A DNA stretch of 64,000 nucleotides from a candidate division FCPU426 bacterium (GCA_963796105.1 CAWCKJ010000002.1:320001-384000), one strand, 5' to 3'; shown: positions 31,263 to 41,640, numbered from the stretch's first letter. Numbers and translations: made by a program. The notes: generated from the letters alone by a model not told the origin.

Positions 31263-31290
31263 CGTCCACTCAGGGTCCCCGTCGTGGACA
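31263..31290. repeat. 28-bp boundary site 6
   Basis: CGTCCACTCAG-GGTCCC-CGTCGTGGACA; shares 23 identical bp with site 1. Confidence 0.85.
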
Positions 31291-31643
31291 AACAAATAAT
31301 GATTAATGGTCAACTGCAACCCGCTGAGGTGCGGGGTGCCAGACCCCATTTTCATAAGTCCCCAAAAAGATGGCCTGCTATTAAAGAGGGGCCGAAAGTC
31401 TTCCAACCCCTTGAAATTTGGGACGAAAGGGCCGGATTATATACGGAAGCAGAAGGTAGTAGTTCCATTCGGGACCGGACAAACCGGACCCCATCATCCA
31501 CCCAGACCGGTATGCCAGTCAGCTGGAAAACCCGGAAGAGACCCCCATAGAAATTTAGAGGGGGCGAGAAACTCCGCGGGGACCGCCTAAACCGAAGCCC
31601 CCGCCCATTACGAGCGAACGCTCGGGAAAGCTACAGGTGTAAC

Positions 31644-32579
31644 ATGGCAATAATTTACGAGGATATTACCAAAACAATTGGCCACACCCCCCTGGTGAGA
31701 CTGAACCGGATCGCCGAAGGAGCCGGGGCGACCGTACTGGCCAAGCTGGAATCCTTCAATCCCATGTCCAGCGTGAAGGACCGCATCGGTCTGGCCATGA
31801 TCGAGGACGCCGAGAAACGGGGTGTTCTCAAGAAAGATTCCGTCATCATCGAGGCCACCAGCGGCAACACGGGGATTGGCCTGGCATTTGTAGCGGCCGC
31901 CAAGGGTTATAGGCTCATCCTCACCATGCCGGAAACAATGAGTTTGGAGAGGCGCCAGCTTCTGAAAATTTTAGGAGCTGAGTTGGTTTTGACCGAGGGG
32001 CCGAAGGGAATGAAAGGCGCCATCGCGAAAGCCGAGGAACTGGCCAAGGCGACTCCCAACAGTTTCGTTCCACAACAATTCAACAATCCCGCGAATCCCG
32101 AAATCCACCGCAAAACAACGGCTGAGGAAATCTGGGCGGACACCGACGGCAAGGTGGATATCCTCGTATCAGGTGTGGGCACTGGAGGAACTATCACTGG
32201 AGTGGCGGAAGTTATCAAGAAGCGCAAGCCATCCTTCAAGGCCATCGCCGTGGAGCCGGACGCTTCCCCTGTTTTGTCGGGGGGGACGGCGGCTCCGCAT
32301 AAAATCCAAGGCCTGGGGGCTGGTTTCGTGCCGGTGATCCTGAACACGAAAATCATCGACGAGGTCATCCGTGTGACGCATGAGGATTCGGGAGAGATCG
32401 CGCGCCAACTCGCTAAAAAAGAGGGAATCCTGGCAGGCATATCCTGCGGCGCCGCTGTTTGGGCGGCTATCCAAGTGGCCAAGAGGCCGGAGAATAAGGG
32501 AAAGACCATCGTGGTCATCATTCCGGACACGGGAGAGAGGTACCTTTCCACATGGCTTTTTGAGGATTCAAAGGGATGA
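31644..32579 (+). CDS. cysK: Cysteine synthase A
   Basis: [53 protein letters not shown]. Confidence 0.97.
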   Translation: MAIIYEDITKTIGHTPLVRLNRIAEGAGATVLAKLESFNPMSSVKDRIGLAMIEDAEKRGVLKKDSVIIEATSGNTGIGLAFVAAAKGYRLILTMPETMSLERRQLLKILGAELVLTEGPKGMKGAIAKAEELAKATPNSFVPQQFNNPANPEIHRKTTAEEIWADTDGKVDILVSGVGTGGTITGVAEVIKKRKPSFKAIAVEPDASPVLSGGTAAPHKIQGLGAGFVPVILNTKIIDEVIRVTHEDSGEIARQLAKKEGILAGISCGAAVWAAIQVAKRPENKGKTIVVIIPDTGERYLSTWLFEDSKG

Positions 32580-32595
32580 GAATGGGATAGTGGAG

Positions 32596-33024
32596 ATGAA
32601 AAGAACAGGGAAGAAAATAATAAAAGGAAAAGCTGGGAAGGCATCTCCGGGCAATGCTGGTAACAAGGAAGCGGCGCTGAAGTTTTTATTCCTGGTGGTG
32701 TCGGGAAAAGTGAGCGAGGCCTTCGATAATTTTGTTTCCCCTGACTTCCGGCATCACAACCCCTATTTCCGGGGCGACCGGGTGTCGCTCCTGAAGGCGA
32801 TGGAGGAAAACTGGGTAAAGAACCCCCGGATCACACTCGAACCCAAGATCGCGATGGAGGAAGGAAATTTAGTCTCAATCCATTCCCATGTAAAAACAAC
32901 TCCGGAGGACCTTGGTCTCGCTACGGTCCACCTCATGAAATTCCGGGATGGAAAAATCGAGGAGCTATGGGATTTGGTCCAACCTATCCCGAAGGATTCT
33001 CCGAATGAGAACGGCTTCTTCTGA
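32596..33024 (+). CDS. SnoaL-like / NTF2-fold protein
   Basis: FRHHNP, EEGNLVSIHSH, FRDGKIEELWD. Confidence 0.8.
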   Translation: MKRTGKKIIKGKAGKASPGNAGNKEAALKFLFLVVSGKVSEAFDNFVSPDFRHHNPYFRGDRVSLLKAMEENWVKNPRITLEPKIAMEEGNLVSIHSHVKTTPEDLGLATVHLMKFRDGKIEELWDLVQPIPKDSPNENGFF

Positions 33025-33167
33025 ACTTCGGTTCTCAAATTTATCCTTTCTTTATTTTTATGACCCCACGCCGGTATTTCCTTGCAGGCCGTCTTGATTT
33101 CCTTGGGAGGGCCGGCGTAGAGTTTCTGTAAGCCGTGATATCAGCGGACCAAAAAGGGGAGTGGAAA

Positions 33168-33782
33168 ATGGCAACTATTACGAAGCGAAGCACCATGCAG
33201 GAAGTCTTGGAGTCCTATCCCAGCGCCCAACGAGCCCTTTTCCGCAAATACCACATCGGGGGGTGCCACAGCTGTGGTTACGAGCCCCAGGATGTCCTGG
33301 AGGAAGTCGCGAAAAAGCACGGCCTGCTTGACTTTGACGAGATCATCCAGTTCATCGAGGAATCGGAAAAGAACGAGGGACGTATCCAGGAAAGCCCCGT
33401 AAACGTCGCGGCGGCCTTGAAGGGCGCCGCCCCACCGCGTTTGATCGATGTCAGGACCCCGGTGGAGTGGCAAACAGCCAAGATCGGGGGCGCGGCTCTC
33501 CTCACCGAGGAACTGGCGAGGGAAATCCCCGAGTGGCCCAAGGAAACACCCATCGTTTTTTACTGCCACCATGGGGAAAGAAGCCTGGACGCCGCCGCTT
33601 ATTTCGCGGGCCACGGTTTCACCAACGTCAAGTCCATGACCGGGGGAATTGATGCCTGGTCCATCGCGGTGGACCCTTCCGTGCCACGCTACGAGGTAGC
33701 GGCGGAGTTTCCGGGCGGCAGACCTGTCATACGGCCCTTGAGTATGGCGGTCTCGAAACTCGACCAACCGCTTCATTCCTAG
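33168..33782 (+). CDS. Rhodanese-domain protein with an N-terminal DUF1858-like domain
   Basis: HIGGCHSCG, LIDVRTP.EW, VFYCHHGERS, MTGGIDAWS..VDPSVPRY. Confidence 0.85.
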   Translation: MATITKRSTMQEVLESYPSAQRALFRKYHIGGCHSCGYEPQDVLEEVAKKHGLLDFDEIIQFIEESEKNEGRIQESPVNVAAALKGAAPPRLIDVRTPVEWQTAKIGGAALLTEELAREIPEWPKETPIVFYCHHGERSLDAAAYFAGHGFTNVKSMTGGIDAWSIAVDPSVPRYEVAAEFPGGRPVIRPLSMAVSKLDQPLHS

Positions 33783-33974
33783 TTAAGCCCTTAATCCGGC
33801 CCATCCAAATTTTGGAAATCCTCAACATTCAAAATTTAAAATTGATGTTTTGACAAGGCACTGGGATTAAACGGGGAACAGGTGGGGATTCTCCGGAAAA
33901 TGTACGCGGCGAGGATGGAAAAACTGAAGGCTGAGTATAAGGATGTTCCGGGGGCCAATAGACCTGAATTTCAT

Positions 33975-34160
33975 GGAGCCCCACGGGCAAGCTCGTAGTA
34001 CCTATATCGACTCACCTCCGCCATCCGCTTACGCGAGGCTTCAGAGGACAGGCGGCTTCGGCGAGTATCCGCCGACATGACGTATGCGGAATCCACCGTA
34101 GCCCTTCTTTCAGCCATTCATCCCCGGCTAAAGCCGGGGTGTTCTGGCGAAGGCGGATAA
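33975..34160. repeat. Cluster of REP-like / IS200-IS605-end-like palindromes
   Basis: Hairpins such as CCCCGGCT-AA-AGCCGGGG in the context GCCATTCATCCCC...TTCTGGC; no ORF. Confidence 0.45.
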
Positions 34161-34502
34161 ATAATCCACATCTAAAAATCGCACAAATCCTGGGGTCCCA
34201 ATCCTCCCGTAAATTTAATGTTTCTTGAATTTCATTGTATTGCCGTCAATTCTTAACACCAAACTCCTAATCTCAAATTGCTTTTATTGATGCACCTAAC
34301 TCCGCATACCTATTGAAAAGTCTTTTACTGTCGCTTTTATAGGAGTATGGTGAAGCATCCTCTGAGTATGGCGGTTTATATGAGTTTTTATTCCTATTGG
34401 GGCAAATTGGATACCGCGAATCACGTTTCTTTTTCAAATCACACCTTTATTTTCCACAGAACCATTCCAACCAATACCCAATAATATTCGGAGAACGCCC
34501 TT

Positions 34503-34745
34503 ATGCCATATTTTGCCCATACCAAGGAAAATGATTCAGGTGAAGTTCTCCCGGAATCGTCTTGGCATTTGTTGAAAACCCACCTAAATGAAGTTGCGAG
34601 GCTTTCCGGGGAATTCGCAAAGCCTTTTTCAATGTCGGGAGATGCTAGCTTGGCAGGGTTGCTTCATGATTTCGGGAAGTACGGGGATAACTTCCAGAAA
34701 CGCCTTCGAAATCAAATACGGGGCGTCAATCATTGGGCGCATTGA
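34503..34745 (+). pseudogene. cas3: Truncated Cas3 HD nuclease N-terminus
   Basis: YFAHT...LKTHL..VA...LAGLLHDFGK, stopping after 80 aa. Confidence 0.8.
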
Positions 34746-34816
34746 GGGAATTATTTTGAATGTCTTTCTGATTGCACGTACCATTTGAATGTTTGGAAAA
34801 GGGGGTAAAGGAAGCC

Positions 34817-35431
34817 ATGGACAAGAGTTATCCCGTTGAACTTGAGATTTCTGGGCCCACGGCCATGTGGACCCGTCCGGATACGGGGGACGCACCCGTG
34901 AGTTATCTGGGGCCAACATACGCCGCCGTCAAAGGAATATTCGAAACTATTCATTATTTACAATTTGTTGAAGTGATACCAAAACGAGTCGAAATATGTC
35001 GTCCGATCATTTTTCATACATACAACACCAATTATGGGGGCCCCCTGCGTAAATCAAGAGTCATGCAAATAGGAAGCGGTTATCAATTGTTGGCTACCGT
35101 CCTAATCAACGTTTGCTACAAGTTATATGCGGTTGCGAGGGAATATCCGGCAGCCCAAGGCAAAGCGACCCGAAAATCCGAGGAATGGAGAAATAGGACG
35201 ACCTCGCCAGCCCACGCATACCAGGAAATGTTTTCCCGCAGATTGAAAAAAGGCCAATGGCACGACATGCCGTTCCTTGGATGGAAGGAATTCGTTCCCG
35301 ACTATTTAGGACCTCTTCGCTCTGAGACAAGCAAATGCGGCGACATTCGAGCTGACATTCCAAGCATGCTGTACCAAACTTTTTCCAAAAGGAATGGCCA
35401 GTACCTATTCCCCCGAATACAGAAAAATTGA
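34817..35431 (+). CDS. cas5: Cas5, type I-C-like; possible frameshift near the 3' end
   Basis: LEISGPTAMWTRPD...VSY..PT.AAVKGIFETI, PFLGWKEF. Removing one A in the run near 35387 would extend the frame to overlap the cas8 start. Confidence 0.85.
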   Translation: MDKSYPVELEISGPTAMWTRPDTGDAPVSYLGPTYAAVKGIFETIHYLQFVEVIPKRVEICRPIIFHTYNTNYGGPLRKSRVMQIGSGYQLLATVLINVCYKLYAVAREYPAAQGKATRKSEEWRNRTTSPAHAYQEMFSRRLKKGQWHDMPFLGWKEFVPDYLGPLRSETSKCGDIRADIPSMLYQTFSKRNGQYLFPRIQKN

Positions 35432-35470
35432 AATTGTTAATGGGGCCTATGATCCCAAAGGAGCCCCTTT

Positions 35471-37519
35471 ATGTTGAACGAACTGTATGAACTGGCCAAC
35501 GCTTTGAAGAAAGCCAACATTGCAACAAGGGATTGGCATAAAAATTTCAAGCTACTTCCAAAAGGTGGAGGTTTTATCTTCAAAGTCTTTATTGATAAAA
35601 AAGCCCGTGTGACAGACCTGATAGTTGAACAGAGTTCACCATCGCTTCGTAAATGGGAAAAGGCAAACGGATTTTCTTTTCCATCTTTCAATGTGAGTCC
35701 ACTTATTCAAGTTAAGGCAAAAACTAAAGAACTATTAGATTTGTTGAAGGATCATAAGCGGTCAAAAGTTTTAGAGCTTGCGAAAAACGGAAAATTTGAT
35801 TGGCGAAAAGAAAGTTCGCGTATAAATGAATGCCTACAGAAAGTGTCCGAGGAACTCGCGACAAAAATAGGACTGAATATGCCTAATGAAATGTCAGGGT
35901 TAAAAGAGTTGATCCAAAGGGCCGACCTTATTTCCAAAACTTCTAAAAAAGGGAAAGCGGGCCATGAAGAATGTGTTTTCCTGGAACAATTGAGGGATGT
36001 CTTGATAGAAAAGGTTACCGACGCCACAATAAATCCAGAAAAATTATCTGAATTATTATTTGTCTCAAAAGAAAAAGAAAAATCCACGCCGAAATTAAAC
36101 ATATTGCTCGAATTGTCGGATAGCTCAAGATTTCCCTATCCAGCTAACCACCCCAAGATACAGGAATGGGTTAATGAACGACTCCTTGCCGATACAACAC
36201 GATCTGATGAGAGTGACTTAAAACAAAAAGATGCTTTTGGAAATGCTGGCATCGGTGAGGACAAAATGCCGCCCACTAAGATTGCTGTGCTGGGCAAGGT
36301 AACGCTCCGTTCCATGAGTTCGGAATCACCTTGCCAGCAAAGGTATGGAAGAGCCGATGCAGCTTCTTATCCTATCGGTGAGCAAACAAGGAAATCCTTA
36401 AAAGCGGCTTTGGAGACAATTACAAGAAATGAATGGAAGGAAAAAACTTGGACAAGCTTTGGTGGCAAGGAAATGTTGATTGTCTATCCATTTTCTCTTC
36501 CGGCCCTACCGCCACCTTTCGTTGGGATGTTTGGCGGAACACAAAAGGAAAATCAACCACAAGAAGGTCGTTTCAGTTCGGCGGCACAAGAGGTGGCGCA
36601 AGCTTATAAAACCGGTACACCAGCGGAAATTGACAATGTTGCGGTTTTTTTATTGAAAAAACCTGATGGATATAGAACCAAAGTCGCCAATGGTGGTATC
36701 TATAAAGCACGTTATATTTTGGATCGGGCTGTCGCTTGGGAGGTAGCCTCTCAAAATATACCTTTTATACGCATCAAAAGTTGGGATTCGGACAAGAAAC
36801 CCGTATGGCGTACATCCAAAACGCCGTTTCCTTTGGAAGTCATCACTTGTCTTAACACTCAATGGCTGAAATTTGGTCATGGAGCCACTGAATTAGTACG
36901 GTATGAGGCTTACGACGGGATCGAGTTGTTTTTGAGCGATGGTGAGAGGAAGCGCCAGATTGCCTCGAAGATGCTTATGGAAGGCTTGCGGAAATGGGCG
37001 CCTTTATTATTGGGGTTAGGTCAAGCTTGTCATCAAGGGGAGATACTGAAAGGCCCGTCTGCTTGGCAATGGAGGCTCATTCCCCCGGCTTTGGGGATAT
37101 TTTTGAAAAAACTCGGTTTAAGAAAGGAGACTTACATGCTTGAAGCAGCCTATTTGGTTGGTCAGACGTTAGGCTTAGCTGATTCCTTGCACCATCAGTA
37201 TTGCTTGAAGGTTCGAAAACAAAGCGTACCGCCGCAACTTATGGGGAACGGATTGATGGCAACGGCGCTCGAAAATCCAAGAAAAGCCCTGGCCCTTTTG
37301 GCCCGAAGGATACTTCCATACCAAGCTTGGGCAAGAACCTACAACGGGCAGGATGCCGGATTAAGCAAATGGTTTTTAAGGAAGTTTTCAGAAACCTCGA
37401 CCTCTTTGGCCCAGGTTTCATGGCCGGAAAGAATGGGCGATGCGGATAAGGCCCAAATGCTGCTGGGATATTTGGCGGGTTTTCAAAAAGAAGATGAGGC
37501 GCAGGAAAAGACAATATAA
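35471..37519 (+). CDS. cas8c: Large subunit, divergent Cas8c-like
   Basis: Position between cas5 and cas7, MLNELYEL start, C-terminal AYLVGQ.L and QMLLGY helical domain. Confidence 0.75.
   Translation: MLNELYELANALKKANIATRDWHKNFKLLPKGGGFIFKVFIDKKARVTDLIVEQSSPSLRKWEKANGFSFPSFNVSPLIQVKAKTKELLDLLKDHKRSKVLELAKNGKFDWRKESSRINECLQKVSEELATKIGLNMPNEMSGLKELIQRADLISKTSKKGKAGHEECVFLEQLRDVLIEKVTDATINPEKLSELLFVSKEKEKSTPKLNILLELSDSSRFPYPANHPKIQEWVNERLLADTTRSDESDLKQKDAFGNAGIGEDKMPPTKIAVLGKVTLRSMSSESPCQQRYGRADAASYPIGEQTRKSLKAALETITRNEWKEKTWTSFGGKEMLIVYPFSLPALPPPFVGMFGGTQKENQPQEGRFSSAAQEVAQAYKTGTPAEIDNVAVFLLKKPDGYRTKVANGGIYKARYILDRAVAWEVASQNIPFIRIKSWDSDKKPVWRTSKTPFPLEVITCLNTQWLKFGHGATELVRYEAYDGIELFLSDGERKRQIASKMLMEGLRKWAPLLLGLGQACHQGEILKGPSAWQWRLIPPALGIFLKKLGLRKETYMLEAAYLVGQTLGLADSLHHQYCLKVRKQSVPPQLMGNGLMATALENPRKALALLARRILPYQAWARTYNGQDAGLSKWFLRKFSETSTSLAQVSWPERMGDADKAQMLLGYLAGFQKEDEAQEKTI
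37136..37519 (+). CDS. cas11: Probable internally translated small subunit Cas11 (127 aa)
   Basis: In-frame ATG at 37136 preceded by AAGGAG at 37124-37129. Confidence 0.7.
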   Translation: MLEAAYLVGQTLGLADSLHHQYCLKVRKQSVPPQLMGNGLMATALENPRKALALLARRILPYQAWARTYNGQDAGLSKWFLRKFSETSTSLAQVSWPERMGDADKAQMLLGYLAGFQKEDEAQEKTI

Positions 37520-37537
37520 AAATTAAGGAGGCGGTTT

Positions 37538-38417
37538 ATGGCTAAAAACGTAATAGCCGTGGGGATTCGACGAGCAGTTGGATTACTGGTGATCGAAGTT
37601 CGGAATTCGAATCCAAATGGCGATCCCGACAGAGAAAGCGACCCCCGCCAAAGACCGGATGGGAAAGGTGAGATTTCACCGGTGTCTTTTAAAAGGAAAC
37701 TTCGTGACCTTGTTCTCGAAAAAGAAGGTGATGTTTGGAAGGTTTTATCCAAAGAAATGGAATTAAATCCAAACCATTTTCAAATTCTTGAGGCACGGGG
37801 TAGGGTTCGTGAGCAAATTAAAAAGGAGCTGGATGACGACGATATGAAAAAATTCAAAGAGAAATATTGGGATGGTCGGATATTTGGAAACACTTTCCTG
37901 GAAGAAGGTGGTTCAGACACCATTCGCACCGGCATTGTTCAATTCGGGTTGGGTGTGTCCGTCGCTCCGATTGAAATTGAAAGGCAGACAAATACGAGTA
38001 AATCGGGTGTTGAGGAAGGAAAGGATCGTGGGATGGCTCCAATGGGCTACCGTGTTGTCCAGCATGGCGTCTATTGCATGCCATTTTTCGTCAATCCAAA
38101 CCTCGCACATCGCAGTGGATGCGCAGCGGAGGACATCGAACTTTTGAAAAGGCTGATACCCTATGCATACTCCCATACCAGATACCCATATCAGAAATAG
38201 CGTTGATTTGATTCACGGTTGGTATGTCGAGCATAAAAATAACCTTGGCTCATTCTCTGATTTTTCGGTCCTGGACGCCCTTGCGCCCAAGAAGAAAACC
38301 GACCCCGATAAGCCGTCTGGAAGCCGTGCAGAGTACGATATTCCCGAGATCAAGGACTTGCCGGATAGCCTGAAAAGTAAAATTGGCTCAATCAAGGACC
38401 TTTTGGAAATCGAATGA
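37538..38417 (+). pseudogene. cas7: Cas7 (Csd2-like), split by a frameshift near 38184
   Basis: NSNPNGDPD.ESDPR, KRKLRD, DGRIFG. The C-terminus (HIRNSVDLIHGWYVEHK) is in another frame; deleting 1 nt restores ...HTRSHIRNS.... Confidence 0.85.
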
Positions 38418-40460
38418 GCTATTTTGCCCACAGTGGTCGGCAGGATTGCGGAATACCGCCCCAGCTTTACGCAGACCATGCCATTCGTGTCCGTGATGGC
38501 GCATTTGATCGCGCCACCATTGTGGGTCGGTATATGAAGAATAAGTCGAACCTTTTGGGTGTTGCATGCGCTAGGGCGGGTGATTTCCACGACTTGGGAA
38601 AGTTACACCCGGAAAACCAAATAGTTCTTGGTGGAGTTACCCGAAGTGCAAATCGCCTTCCATTCCCACACGCGGATGCCGGTTGTGCGATATTGTTAAG
38701 AAGTTGCTTGCCTGAAGACCTTATTGCGGCACTGCTTTGTTATTCCCATCATATAGGGTTGCCGTCATTTCCAGAAGAGACGTGTGGAAGAAAAGTTTAT
38801 TTGAGGGATATTCGGTGTCTAAGCGAAACCGATGAAAATTTAGCTGCGTGGGTCGAACAACACAAGCGTTTGGTGCTGAAACGTGAAGGCCTTCCTGATG
38901 GGCAATGCGGTGTTTTGGACGAAAAGGACAGAATGTTTTTTCGTTTCGCGCTTTCCTGCTTAGCGGACGCCGACCACAGTGATACTGCACGGCACTATCG
39001 AAAAGAAGCTATTGTTCCAGAACTTTCACTTCGACCCGCCGAACGGTTGATGGCTTTGAAATCGTATGTTGCCGGATTGGGAAAGGATCGGAAAGATAGT
39101 CGTTCCCAAATGCGAACTCGAATTTTCGAAATTTGTTCGACATCCCAAGTGAAACAAAGGTTAGTAGCCTGTGATAGCCCGGTTGGTACCGGTAAAACGA
39201 CAGCTGTTATGGCGCATCTTCTTGATGTCGCCATTAAAAGGGGATTAAAAAGAATCTTTGTTATTCTTCCTTTCACCAACATCATCGACCAAGCCGTTGA
39301 GAAATATAGGGAAGCCATAGTCTTAAACGATGAATATCCGGAGGAAGCGGTTCAAGCCCATCATCACCGCATGGAATATGAAAATTACAACGTCCGGCAT
39401 TTGGCCGAGCGTTGGAAGAGCCCAGTGGTGATCACCACGGCCGTCAGGTTTTTTGAAACGCTTTCTTCTTCTTCGCCCGCTGTATTGAGGAACCTGCACC
39501 AACTTGCGGGATCGGCCATCTTTATCGATGAGGCACACGCCGCTTTGCCGGCAGGGTTATGGCCGCAGGCATGGCCTTGGCTTAAGGAATTGGCTGAATC
39601 CTGGGGATGTCATATTGTCCTTGGTTCTGGTTCATTGGCGCGGTTTTGGGACCTGCCGGAGTTTGATATACAGCCGCCTATGGTGCCGGATCTTTTACCA
39701 AGGGATGTTTACGCTGACACCTTAAAATCCGAAAAAGATAGGGTCATATATCGACGGGAAAAGAAAATTTTAAGTTTGAGCGATCTTGCGCGTTTTGTCG
39801 GTGATCAATCTGGGCCACGCTTGCTCATCATGAATACGGTTCAATCCGCAGCGGTAGTCGCCAGATTTATGATGAAGTCGTATGGGAAAAATAGTGTTCA
39901 ACATCTTTCGACGGCATTAACACCTTTTGATCGGGGGAAATCCCTTGAGATCGTTAAAAAGCGCCTTTCGGCGGGAAAAAATGACAAGGACTGGACCCTG
40001 GTGGCGACTTCCTGCGTCGAGGCTGGAATGGATTTTTCCTTTCGTACCGGTTTCCGCGAAATATGCAGTCTTACCAGTCTTTTGCAGATGGCCGGAAGAA
40101 TTAACCGGGAATTTGAATACAACGCATGCGATGTTTGGAGCTTTGAAACACGTAAAGTGGATGGACTCAACTGGCACCCTCAATTCGAAACATCTTCGAG
40201 GATACTTAAAGAAATATTCAACGAAGGAAAAGTTGGTCCTGATATGGTTTCAGAGGCATTAAGGCGAGAAATCCGGCAAAAGCCAATTGGCAGCAAGTCG
40301 GATGAGATAATGAATGCTGAAAAGGAAGGGGATTTTCCGAAGGTTGATGAATTATTCCGGGTTATTGATTCTTCCACTGTGACGGTTTTGGTCAACCAAG
40401 AACTTATCGGGAAAATCGAGAATGGGGAGGAAGTCCCCATTAAAGAGATTCAAAAATATT

Positions 40461-41448
40461 CATGCCTATCCGAACAACGCTTGCGCAGTAATGGGTTTTG
40501 CCAAAGCGCAAGCGGTTAAGGCCCGGTGAAATAAGGAATCTGGGTCATGGCGACGATTGAACCGATAAGTATATTCGCTCAAGTATCCAGGCAGATATTT
40601 CACGTTGACTCCATGATGGGTTCCTAGGATCCAAGCCTTGGCGTTGGAAATGAATCGGTGGACCCAAGGTAACCAGTGATTTAACACCACTGGGTCATTG
40701 GCTGTTACCTGGTACTCCACATCCACGTTTTCCAAGTTTCTCAAGCTGGGACTGGCATCCGTGTTTATCATGGCGCCTTTCTGGATTGCTTGATCGACGA
40801 ATGCTTGGGCTTCCCACTTGGTTTCTGCGGTCACCTTTATCTTTGCAAAACCCGCTTTCTCTTTTTTGCGCCCTTTCTCATCTATCCATTCTTTGCTTTC
40901 AACCGCCACCAGCACTTCAGCCTGGTTTTCCTTTTCTCTCTTGCCGAATACAGCCCCATCCAACTCAATGATTTCCTTGAGTTGGTAATTTTCATCCCTT
41001 TGTCGAAGACTTTCCCGAATCTTATGCAACATCCTCCAAACGGTATCGTAGGAGGGCATTCCCAATTGCCGCTGAAGTTCCAGGGCTGAAATGCCCCTTT
41101 TCCCTTGCATCACCAATCCAATCATCCTCAACCAGGTTAAGATTGGAATCTTGGATTTCCGGAAGATCGTTCCGGCTCGAAGCCGTATTTGCTTTCGACA
41201 ATAGTCACATTCCCGCACTTCGGGGCGGTTTTTGTGTTGCCAGAAACTTTCTCCTTCACATTGTGGGCAAACAAAGTCTTTTCCGGCAAAACGGCTCTTC
41301 CACACCCATTGACGTGCCTTTTCTTCTGTATCGATTTCCTTGAAAATCTCAATCCCCTTCATCCGTTGGTAGTTCATAATTTGCCCCTCCAACAATGAGT
41401 ATACTCCTGTATTCCTTTATTTCAACAGGTACCGTTTGGAGAGGCATT
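40461..41448 (-). mobile_element. IS1595-family insertion sequence (988 bp)
   Basis: Imperfect TIRs (CATGCCTATCCGAAC and reverse-complement AATGCCTCTCCAAAC); 8-bp target duplication AAAATATT at 40453-40460 and 41449-41456. Confidence 0.9.
40466..41395 (-). CDS. IS1595-family (ISXO2-like) DDE transposase
   Basis: Zn ribbon CPQC...CDYC, AGTIF, IELDG, NTD, YLSEYTYRFNRR. Confidence 0.93.
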   Translation of the reverse strand: MLEGQIMNYQRMKGIEIFKEIDTEEKARQWVWKSRFAGKDFVCPQCEGESFWQHKNRPEVRECDYCRKQIRLRAGTIFRKSKIPILTWLRMIGLVMQGKRGISALELQRQLGMPSYDTVWRMLHKIRESLRQRDENYQLKEIIELDGAVFGKREKENQAEVLVAVESKEWIDEKGRKKEKAGFAKIKVTAETKWEAQAFVDQAIQKGAMINTDASPSLRNLENVDVEYQVTANDPVVLNHWLPWVHRFISNAKAWILGTHHGVNVKYLPGYLSEYTYRFNRRHDPDSLFHRALTACALAKPITAQALFG

Positions 41449-41640
41449 AAAATATTCAATTCAAATTTGGTCAAATCGGATAAACGATTTGTGCTTGCGA
41501 AAGCTTGAGATGTTACCCGGCTTTTGGGCATGGACACTAGCTTATGACGATTTCTTAGGCTACATGAAAGGTGTTTTGGAGACACTAGAAGTTAAAGCTG
41601 GTCAACCTTTGGTTATTTAAATCGTACGAAAGGGTTAGGA

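Larger units (their letters stand above)
38414..41620 (+). pseudogene. cas3: Cas3 HD nuclease-helicase interrupted by an IS near its C-terminus
   Basis: HDLGK, PVGTGKT, IDEAH, QMAGRINR. The frame resumes after the IS as KYSIQIW...YDDFLGYM...LVI*. Confidence 0.9.

Noticed and set aside
25975..31290. Classical integron attC array
   Set aside because: The sites are only 28 bp, lack RYYYAAC/GTTRRRY boxes, and no intI is present in the window.
31292..31643. SAM or other riboswitch upstream of cysK, and small ORFs there
   Set aside because: GC-rich hairpins are possible, but I could not match SAM-I, SAH or T-box consensus elements; the ORFs have no recognisable features.
40463..41487. Alternative IS right end at ATCGGATAAACG (about 41476-41487)
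   Set aside because: That sequence lies in the resumed cas3 reading frame; the end at 41448 gives a better TIR and an exact 8-bp target duplication.
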